The translations under genes and the position numbers were made by a program. From IMG/VR virus record IMGVR_UViG_3300025916_000011: a stretch of DNA of 64,000 bases. One strand, written 5' to 3'. The notes below the pieces were generated by a model. That model ran no database searches. It had not been told where the DNA came from and saw only the letters and a program-made list of their open reading frames with translations. Of the stretch, positions 57,425-64,000 are shown in pieces. The stretch comes from an uncultured virus (IMG/VR IMGVR_UViG_3300025916_000011). Its lineage: Duplodnaviria > Heunggongvirae > Uroviricota > Caudoviricetes. Position 1 is the stretch's first letter. Each line of letters opens with the position of its first letter.

Positions 57425-58892
57425 TTCTCTCGCGCAGTTTACCTGTGGAGGAGGAGCGGCCGGGACGTACAAAACCGAATCCCTGCTCGTTGACGCCGTT
57501 CACGAGTACGAGAATCCCCGGTTGAACGCTGTCCTGTTCCGCACGACTTTCCCAGAGCTCCAAGGCAAGATCATCCCGCGCTCCTACGATCTCTACAGTC
57601 AAATGTCCGGGGTGTACCACGAGAGTGAGCACTACTGGGAATGGCCTTGGGGATCTCGCGTCAAGTTCGCCTACCTCGGCCGCGACAAGGACGTTTACGC
57701 GCATCAGGGAGCCGAATACTCATGGATCGGCTTCGACGAAGGTACTCACCGCAGCGAATTCCAGATTCGCTATCTCCTATCCCGCCTTCGGTCGACTGAC
57801 GGGCAAATCTTCTGTCGTGCAAGGGATGCGACCAACCCAGGCGGACCAAGCCACGATCTACACATGCACGTCTTTCTGGGAGGAGTCTGCCCGCATTGCC
57901 AGCCCGCCGTGAGAAAGCCCGGAGTCCTCTACCGCGATGCCACATGGTTGAGCGACAAGAAACCGCTCGAGATGACCACGGAATACATTTTCAGTCTGTG
58001 GGATCCAAACGGACTTCTGCCCGACTACGGTAAGCAGTTGAGAATGCAGTCTGGTGGAATTTCCAAGGCGCTTCTCGAGGGGTGCTGGAAATCATTCGAA
58101 GGTCAGTATTTTGACATTTGGGAGCCGAATCGGGCGGGTATGCCAATGGTGGTGCCGCGGCAGAGCATCGGAGACGATTACTACTGGGCGCACTGGATTG
58201 GCTGCGACTACGGTTTCTCTGGCTCGAGCGCAGTCGCGTACCTTTTTGCCGTCGGTCAGGATCAGAAGATTTATTGCCTCGATGAGTACGTCTCGGAGAA
58301 AACCGCCAACGGAAAATCTGAAGATGTGAAGCAGTTCACGCGCAGCGTCTTTGAGCGGTTCTGCACAAAGCGCGATTGGCAGGAACAGCCACGAAAGATT
58401 CAGGCGATGTATCTCTCGCCAGACTGCTGGGCCGATCGCGGGGACGCGCACACTCTAGCCTCGCAGATGAACGAAGTCCTGCGGCCGCACAACCTTCACT
58501 GGATACAGGCTCGCAACGACCGCGCCGGTGGAGCGATGCTGATGTATACCATGCTCCAGACCGGGCAGTTTGTGATTGCGGAAAACTGCAAAGTGCTCCA
58601 GCAGTCGATTGAATCACGGATTCACGACCCCGACGAACCAGAGAAAGTTCTGAAGGTAATCGGCAGCATGTTGGATGACGCCTTCGACGCCTGCAGGTAT
58701 GGCATCTACTCCTACAAGCGTCCGACCGAGAAGCCCCTTGCGATGCGCATCCATGAGCAGGTGGAGCATCTTTGGAAGGTTGATCCTACCACAGCTATGT
58801 ATAAGGCGAATCAGATCATGGAAGCAGAGCGAAAGAAAGACGCGCCGGAAGAGTACGGGGGAGCCGCAGCGCGCGCCAGATTCAGACGTTAA
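57375..58892 (+). CDS. terL: Terminase large subunit, probable CTG start
   Basis: Walker A GGAAGTYKT (upstream of the track's start), Walker B WIGFDE, ATNPGG, ALLEGCW, GCDYG, DDAFDACRY. Confidence 0.92.
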   Translation: MSLNWEAASPAQDAFLNSLAQFTCGGGAAGTYKTESLLVDAVHEYENPRLNAVLFRTTFPELQGKIIPRSYDLYSQMSGVYHESEHYWEWPWGSRVKFAYLGRDKDVYAHQGAEYSWIGFDEGTHRSEFQIRYLLSRLRSTDGQIFCRARDATNPGGPSHDLHMHVFLGGVCPHCQPAVRKPGVLYRDATWLSDKKPLEMTTEYIFSLWDPNGLLPDYGKQLRMQSGGISKALLEGCWKSFEGQYFDIWEPNRAGMPMVVPRQSIGDDYYWAHWIGCDYGFSGSSAVAYLFAVGQDQKIYCLDEYVSEKTANGKSEDVKQFTRSVFERFCTKRDWQEQPRKIQAMYLSPDCWADRGDAHTLASQMNEVLRPHNLHWIQARNDRAGGAMLMYTMLQTGQFVIAENCKVLQQSIESRIHDPDEPEKVLKVIGSMLDDAFDACRYGIYSYKRPTEKPLAMRIHEQVEHLWKVDPTTAMYKANQIMEAERKKDAPEEYGGAAARARFRR

Positions 58893-59317
58893 CCCTTCTT
58901 CTTCCTTGGCTTCGGTGGATCATTGGCTGTGGGAGCCAACTGCATCGTCCAGTTCTCATCCCACTGGACTAAACTCGTTCTGTTCTTCATCAGGATTTTC
59001 AAGTTCTGCCGATGCCGCTTGAACTGCCCCATCTCTGCCCCGCCAATCCGTAAGTCCTCCACTACTTTGTCAATCGGGATTTTCACTCCAGGTCTGGCCT
59101 TCAGATAGGACTCAAGAGCGTTTGTCATTCGCATGCCCTTGTACTGTCCGGGGGTAACAGGGTCGATCTGAAGGGAGTGGTGCGAACTTCCGTTGGGGCG
59201 GAAATTCGCGAGTGCGGAATCTATGGTTTGCATCTGAGTGGCGAGTTTTCGCTTCGCCTCGAGTAACAGGGTCACGGCCTCAGACACCTCATCCGTCTGC
59301 GGAGTTTGGCTTGCCAT
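58889..59317 (-). CDS. Putative DNA-binding (winged-HTH-like) protein, repressor candidate
   Basis: AAGGA SD; N-terminal coiled coil then ALESYLK...IDKVVEDLRIGG; convergent with terL. Confidence 0.55.
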   Translation of the reverse strand: MASQTPQTDEVSEAVTLLLEAKRKLATQMQTIDSALANFRPNGSSHHSLQIDPVTPGQYKGMRMTNALESYLKARPGVKIPIDKVVEDLRIGGAEMGQFKRHRQNLKILMKNRTSLVQWDENWTMQLAPTANDPPKPRKKKG

Positions 59318-59358
59318 TTGTTTGTTTTCCTTACGAAAATTTATAACACTGGGAGCCC

Positions 59359-59787
59359 CTAAGCCTCTAGAGTTTCATCGCTATTTTGTTCTGTGTCAAG
59401 TGGAATCACGTTTTCTGCATGATTCCGTACTGGCATTTCGATAACTTTCGCTGCAGTCTCTCGGATTAGCGCAGGTCCGTGTGCAAGAATATTCACCAAG
59501 TCTAGGAAGACTTGGCCGGGCAAACACAGTTCCCACTTCATCGTCTTGGCGTTGAATTCAATCAAACCGCGACGTTCCATCTGTCGCAATACAGTTTTTT
59601 CCTGATCCGTACACTCGATCGGGCTGAGTGCAAATTTGAAAGCAAAATCATCTCTCTGACAGGCTACGAGCAGGGAGTACTCGGTAATGGATAGCGGACA
59701 CGATCTGAGCGCCGCCATCGCGCTACTAGCTAACTGAGGCATCAGCAAAACCGACGCTACGGGGCGCCGGACGGACGAAGTGGACAC
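59359..59787 (-). CDS. Putative winged-HTH protein
   Basis: LSITEYSLL...VLRQMERRGLIE...WEL...GQVFL. Confidence 0.55.
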   Translation of the reverse strand: MSTSSVRRPVASVLLMPQLASSAMAALRSCPLSITEYSLLVACQRDDFAFKFALSPIECTDQEKTVLRQMERRGLIEFNAKTMKWELCLPGQVFLDLVNILAHGPALIRETAAKVIEMPVRNHAENVIPLDTEQNSDETLEA

Positions 59788-59919
59788 CGGGGGTTACTCC
59801 ATTTCTTTAAACAGGGTCAACTGTACGGCATCGCACAAAGCATGTCTCTAGCACTTCAGTGGTGAATAAGTAGGGCTTCATGGGTAAGGCGTTTGGCGAA
59901 CAACCCTTTGTCCCTCTCG

Positions 59920-60100
59920 GTTGTGGGTCCAACGTCAGTCCAAAACACACGGTTTTTTCGTGCTTTTTCGTGATACTGGACCCGTTAAGTTGATTGATTC
60001 CATTGTGTTTCCGTTTGGCGTTCGCAGGTAGGTTACTTTCGTGGTAGCCCTGCTTGCGCTTTTATTTGCAACAAACTTGTACCCAAGTCAGTCCAGAATT
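59920..60100. other. Candidate attP region
   Basis: Non-coding segment at the integrase 3' end with direct repeat GTCAGTCCA (59934-59942, 60087-60095) and IHF-like AT-rich motifs flanking a central core. Confidence 0.55.
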
Positions 60101-60101
60101 T

Positions 60102-61304
60102 TCACTGCACCAGCATGTTCCCAACTGCGGTTGCTGCTGAACGCGCGTCTGCGCTGACGCTGTGTGTGTAATGGACCATGGTTATTTTTGTTCCGGGCGC
60201 GTGACCCAAGCGCTCCTGCCGCACCTTCATGGGGACGCCCGCCTGGTCCATGAGTGTAGCAGAGCAGTGCCGAAATGCCTTCAATCCCTTCGAGGAAATT
60301 CCGAGGGCATCGCAGATCGGTGCCAAGCTATCCCGTCGGACGCTACAGGGATGAAGTGGCCCACCGCGGGGTGAGACAAAGATCAGCCCAATGGGATTCG
60401 GGCGCCACGTCTGCAGGAATGCGTACAGGTGCTCGGCAAGTTCTTCAGAGATGGCGATCGAGCGGATAGCGTTCGTGGTTTTGGGCGTGGTGAAGATCGT
60501 CCGCCAGACACTTCTCTTGACATGGATGAGGCGCTTTTCGAGATCCAGATCGCTCACAAAGAACGCGCACAACTCGCCTGGGCGAACTCCGGTCTCGGCC
60601 GCAAGCCAGTAGAGAGTTTTGTATTGACCCTCGGCGGCCGCAATGATGCTCTTGGCCTCGGCTGCGGTGTAGAAGAACGGCGACGTCGGACCTGACGAGG
60701 GGAACTTTAGCCGGTTGAACGGATCGTGGCTCACGTACTCGTCCGCCATGGCTGACTTCCAGACCATCTGCAGAGTGAGTACTAGGTTGTGCCGAGTCTT
60801 GGGGGACTTGCGAGATTGCCGAATGAACTCTTGGATCGTTCGCCAGTGAATGTCTCGCAGCTGCATCTTGCCGAAGTAGGGAATCAGGTGGCACTTCAGT
60901 TGACTGTTCACGGAGTACTGCGTCGAGGGCTTGTGGCTCGGGAGTACGTTCTTTTTCCAGAAGTCCACGAACTGGGCGAACGTCTCTTCGCGCCTCGCAC
61001 GGTACGACGGGTCATTGATCGGCGCCAGACGGGACTCAAGTTCTCGCAGCGCCAGCTTCATTGTTGGGAAAGACTTTTTCGAGCCGAGCACTTCGTTCTT
61101 GCGGACCCTGCGAACTTGACCGGCTGCGTCAATCACATCTTCCCGCCATCGTCCCACCCAGACAGGCTGCCGCTTCCCGCGGAGCACTACGCTTCCACGC
61201 TGATACCTTCTTCTCGCCATCTGTTCCATCTCCTTTGGAGACGGGACAGGATTGTTCGCCGGCAAGGAATCTTTCAGAGTCTCGAGTTGGGCGTCAACGG
61301 TCAT
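60102..61304 (-). CDS. int: Tyrosine integrase
   Basis: GVRPGE, TPKT, KAFRH, LGH, HYTH catalytic motifs; RYQRGSV arm-binding N-terminus. Confidence 0.95.
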   Translation of the reverse strand: MTVDAQLETLKDSLPANNPVPSPKEMEQMARRRYQRGSVVLRGKRQPVWVGRWREDVIDAAGQVRRVRKNEVLGSKKSFPTMKLALRELESRLAPINDPSYRARREETFAQFVDFWKKNVLPSHKPSTQYSVNSQLKCHLIPYFGKMQLRDIHWRTIQEFIRQSRKSPKTRHNLVLTLQMVWKSAMADEYVSHDPFNRLKFPSSGPTSPFFYTAAEAKSIIAAAEGQYKTLYWLAAETGVRPGELCAFFVSDLDLEKRLIHVKRSVWRTIFTTPKTTNAIRSIAISEELAEHLYAFLQTWRPNPIGLIFVSPRGGPLHPCSVRRDSLAPICDALGISSKGLKAFRHCSATLMDQAGVPMKVRQERLGHAPGTKITMVHYTHSVSADARSAATAVGNMLVQ

Positions 61305-61405
61305 GGCGTAGAAGTGGTTACCCTGGATATCTCCCTCTATTCCTGAACAGAATCACGTTCTATATTCTACGAAGCGCGTCTCCGTACATTGAGCAGTACG
61401 GGTCC

Positions 61406-61690
61406 CTACCCTCCGACTTTGCGGACGTGGCCGGGGTGATGCTCCCAAGGGTCCCAGCCGAATGCGTCCGCGAAGTGATTCTCCATTTTCTCGATCAGTT
61501 CCGGCAGTGATGACTTCAACTGCCTGACATGAAACTCGGCAGGCATCGGCAGCAGAAGCGCATGAGCTAAATTGTCGAGCGAGTCTATGTCCTGACCAAG
61601 CGCATCCTCTTGGCTTTCGGTAATCTGCTCTGGTTCTGCAACCTGAGTTGCTCCGTGAGTTCCTCGCGCCGGAATTTTGCGATCCGCCAT
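61406..61690 (-). CDS. Hypothetical protein (start uncertain)
   Basis: ORF overlapping the 3' end of the upstream gene. Confidence 0.5.
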   Translation of the reverse strand: MADRKIPARGTHGATQVAEPEQITESQEDALGQDIDSLDNLAHALLLPMPAEFHVRQLKSSLPELIEKMENHFADAFGWDPWEHHPGHVRKVGG

Positions 61691-61860
61691 ACTGTGAAGT
61701 CGTGCATGTCTTTTCTGTGGCCTAACTCTTCTTCGGCCTCACGCTTGGTAAGCCGCGCACTCATCCATAGCGTGTACCAGATGACGCAGTGCTTGTAGCT
61801 GCCTTCAGGCACATAGAGGAACTTTTTCGCACGCCGCACAATCTTTTTCGATCCGCTCAT
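61585..61860 (-). CDS. Hypothetical protein
   Basis: ATGA overlap start MSGSKK. Confidence 0.6.
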   Translation of the reverse strand: MSGSKKIVRRAKKFLYVPEGSYKHCVIWYTLWMSARLTKREAEEELGHRKDMHDFTVWRIAKFRREELTEQLRLQNQSRLPKAKRMRLVRT

Positions 61861-62084
61861 TTCTGCGCTCCGTCCTCCACCCCACTTGTTTGCACATATC
61901 CAGTCGCCAATTGTGCAGCGTGTGTATCGCAAAGGTTAACCGCGCCCAATTCTTTGCCCGTCACGTAGCTAAACGCCAAGAACACTCCCACGGCTTTCTC
62001 TGGGCAGCGGCTTACTCCGCAAATATCGTCCAGCGGAAGCCCGTCTTGGATGAAGTACATTGCGCGTTTATTCGGATCAGCCAT
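61857..62084 (-). CDS. Small Cys/His protein
   Basis: AAGGAG SD; MADPNKR...CGVSRC...LCDTH. Confidence 0.65.
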   Translation of the reverse strand: MADPNKRAMYFIQDGLPLDDICGVSRCPEKAVGVFLAFSYVTGKELGAVNLCDTHAAQLATGYVQTSGVEDGAQK

Positions 62085-62154
62085 CACTCTTTCTCCTTTT
62101 TCCTTTTCATCTACGTGTCCCTCTCGTTGGTGAGACTCTACCGGGTCCCTACCC

Positions 62155-62322
62155 TCAATCGTCACAGTACAAGTCGAGTGTGTTTTTCTCTGGGTCAATG
62201 ACCGATCCTGTGACGCTTTCCCATGCCATTGAGTCAGGGTCGAAGATGCGGACCACGGTGTCTGGTGACGAGCCGTGGTCCAGCAGGTTTTGCAAGTGCG
62301 CAATTAGGCTTGCAATGCTCAT
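62155..62322 (-). CDS. 55-aa hypothetical protein; absent from the ORF track
   Basis: MSIASLIAHLQNLLDHGSSPDTVVRIFDPDSMAWESVTG...; ATGA-coupled to the tad1-like gene. Confidence 0.65.
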   Translation of the reverse strand: MSIASLIAHLQNLLDHGSSPDTVVRIFDPDSMAWESVTGSVIDPEKNTLDLYCDD

Positions 62323-62612
62323 GCTGCGTTCGTTCCCTCGACCTTACGCGCCTCGCGGTCCATCTTGCGCTTTAGCGACCAGAGAATAGCCTCGTCAAGT
62401 TTAGTGATGATGATGGAATTCTCGCGGCACGGAAACGCCTTGTTGAATCCCTCGATTTTTTCCTTGGCCCATGCGATTACATCGTCAATCTGGCAGCCGT
62501 TCTCCCCGAACTCCTTGATCGGCCCGGACTGAATCTGAAAGCTGACGGTTGAGATTTGCCCATGCACTTGCGGCCAACCCGACTCTGCAATAAATTTGTT
62601 TTCCTTCAACAC
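62319..62612 (-). CDS. tad1: Tad1/Acb2-family cyclic-nucleotide sponge (anti-Thoeris/anti-CBASS)
   Basis: FQIQSGPIKEFGENG...FPCRENSIIITKLDEAILWSLKRKMDREARKVEGT matches the remembered Tad1 consensus FQEGPIKE.GVNG...F.CRENS.AITKLEEALLWL.KR...RE.RGVEGT. Confidence 0.82.
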   Translation of the reverse strand: MLKENKFIAESGWPQVHGQISTVSFQIQSGPIKEFGENGCQIDDVIAWAKEKIEGFNKAFPCRENSIIITKLDEAILWSLKRKMDREARKVEGTNAA

Positions 62613-62719
62613 TTACCACCTTCCTCCCTGATGAGGGGCAGGGACCCCGAATGGACTCACCAACATCTCTACTTCGTAGAATCAAAGGGCACAAAGAAGA
62701 AACAAAAGTAAAGTTCGCG

Positions 62720-63331
62720 TCATTCCTTCTCCTTGAGTTGCTCCGTGAGTTCCTGGATGCGCTTCTCGGCCTTGTAAAACGATTCCTCTGCGGATTCTTT
62801 TAGGGCTTGGAGCAGATCGCGCTCGTTTTGCAGTTCTGCATTCTTCCTCTCTAGCTCGGCAAGTTGAGAACGCGCATAGGCTTCGGCAAACGATAGTGCG
62901 GCATCAAAGTATCTGACTCCGATTGCTCCAAGAGTCGCGTGCCATTCCTTGCGATTGTTGCCGTAGAATTGATCCGCGCTCTGCGTCACGCTAGAGACTC
63001 CCGCAGGCCAAGGTCCATAAACACAGTTACTCATCTGTAAGCATTTCCCGCGCGGCCCCTTGTGAACGATGCAGTAAATTTCCTCCGGTGCGGCTGGCGT
63101 GGTCGAGGACTCCCCTGCACTCCCCGCGTGCAAAGGATCAATGCACTGTCCTGTCGCCAAAGGTCCGTATTTCGCACACGTTGGGCAGGTCGGTGCTGGC
63201 TTCGCCTCTACTCCAGAGTGCCAAGGATGCGAATTGGGTTCGGTATCGTTACCTCCGAGGCAGGCTTGAAGCAGCACATTCCTTTTGTCACTGCCACATT
63301 TCGGGCATCTGCTCTGTTCGCTGCTCATCAC
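62720..63331 (-). CDS. Mosaic Cys-rich/coiled-coil hypothetical protein
   Basis: CPKC, CPTC, CIVH modules; C-terminal coiled coil. Confidence 0.65.
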   Translation of the reverse strand: MMSSEQSRCPKCGSDKRNVLLQACLGGNDTEPNSHPWHSGVEAKPAPTCPTCAKYGPLATGQCIDPLHAGSAGESSTTPAAPEEIYCIVHKGPRGKCLQMSNCVYGPWPAGVSSVTQSADQFYGNNRKEWHATLGAIGVRYFDAALSFAEAYARSQLAELERKNAELQNERDLLQALKESAEESFYKAEKRIQELTEQLKEKE

Positions 63332-63558
63332 TTACCTCGCGCCCTGATTGCATAAAGATTTTTCCACTTTTTCACTTGATTGCTGGCGCGGCTCAATTGT
63401 TTCTCGGCAGCAACCAATTTCCGTTCAGCCCTTATCAGGATGTATTCTGTGGCTTGCAGTTCGGTTGGGAAATGTATGGCTGTCGGACGAACGCGCCCTG
63501 CCGAAACACGCTTAATCGAATTCAGATAATCATCTACAACATATCTCGTCTCGCTCAT
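63328..63558 (-). CDS. Hypothetical protein
   Basis: GGAG SD; GTGA overlap. Confidence 0.65.
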   Translation of the reverse strand: MSETRYVVDDYLNSIKRVSAGRVRPTAIHFPTELQATEYILIRAERKLVAAEKQLSRASNQVKKWKNLYAIRARGK

Positions 63559-63629
63559 TTCTGCGCTCCGTCCTCCACCTTATTGTCTACACGTACCCTC
63601 TACTTGGTGAGAGGCTTCGAGGTACCTGC

Positions 63630-63770
63630 CTACTTGCTTGCTTGCTCATGGTCAGATTCACCGACAGCCTGCACTATTCGCCGTCCGATCCACTCGGCTA
63701 TTTGGGGCACGATTGCATTGCCGTAGTGCTTCACCATGTTTCTGACCATCGCGACGGAAATCCCATCACA
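63630..63770 (-). pseudogene. C-terminal remnant of a C5-cytosine DNA methyltransferase
   Basis: CDGISVAMVRNMVKHYGNAIVPQIAEWIGRRI (motif X) with no upstream catalytic domain. Confidence 0.7.
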
Positions 63771-64000
63771 CTAGAATTGCAATACTTCCTGGCTCAGACG
63801 CTTGGCCGCGATCTCGCAGTACTTCTCCTCGATCTCTATGCCGATTGCCGCGTAGCCGAGAGATTTAGCCGCGAGTAGCGTCGTGCCACTTCCCATGAAC
63901 GGGTCAACGATTGGCGCGACACACTCGTCCTTAAATTGCCGAATTAACTGCTTGCAAAGATGCAGCGGCTTTTCTGCAGGGTGCTGGCCATGGACTACCG
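63771..64000 (-). CDS. Second beta-class DNA amino-methyltransferase, C-terminal part (5' end outside the window)
   Basis: HPAEKP...IVDPFMGSGTTLLAAKSLG..AIGIEIEEKYCEIAAKRLSQEVLQF. Confidence 0.9.
   Translation of the reverse strand, partial: VVHGQHPAEKPLHLCKQLIRQFKDECVAPIVDPFMGSGTTLLAAKSLGYAAIGIEIEEKYCEIAAKRLSQEVLQF

Larger units (their letters stand above)
1..64000. mobile_element. Temperate tailed bacteriophage (podovirus-like), probably circular/excised form, partial genome
   Basis: Portal, scaffold, capsid, tail hub, ejection proteins, terminase, lysis genes and tyrosine integrase all present; no host housekeeping genes. Confidence 0.95.

Noticed and set aside
59788..60101. tRNA gene or tRNA fragment at attP
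   Set aside because: No T-loop GTTCGA or cloverleaf could be identified

Overview
The whole window is most of one temperate tailed-phage genome (podovirus/P22-like morphogenesis module), apparently in its circular, non-integrated form. Both ends fall inside a leftward accessory operon, no host genes are visible, and an attP-like segment lies beside a tyrosine integrase. Gene order: leftward accessory genes; divergent switch region (about 1.15-1.35 kb); early/replication genes (HNH, YdaU/DUF1376-like initiator, amino-DNA methyltransferase, LuxR HTH); a long rightward late region (fibre-like proteins, lysis genes, portal, scaffold, major capsid, adaptor, gp10-like tail hub, ejection proteins, TerS/TerL at the far end); two winged-HTH genes; attP/integrase; leftward accessory genes including a Tad1-like anti-defence protein. 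The integrase and LuxR genes look Acidobacteriota-like (inference). The most striking observation: seven large Ser/Thr/Gly-rich fibre/spike/decoration-like proteins (about 16.6 kb, roughly a quarter of the window) start with classical Sec signal peptides, and most carry paired cysteines. One sits in the canonical tail-fibre slot with a fibre-anchor motif directly behind the signal peptide. This suggests receptor-binding appendages that are exported, folded oxidatively in the periplasm and attached to the virion outside the cytoplasm. Other findings: probable CTG and ATT start codons for TerL and the tail hub, a DUF2778/Tlde1-type candidate endolysin, CTAC-N8-GTAG operators, leaderless morons and gene-boundary repeats. 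All family assignments come from motif recognition by eye; no database searches were run.
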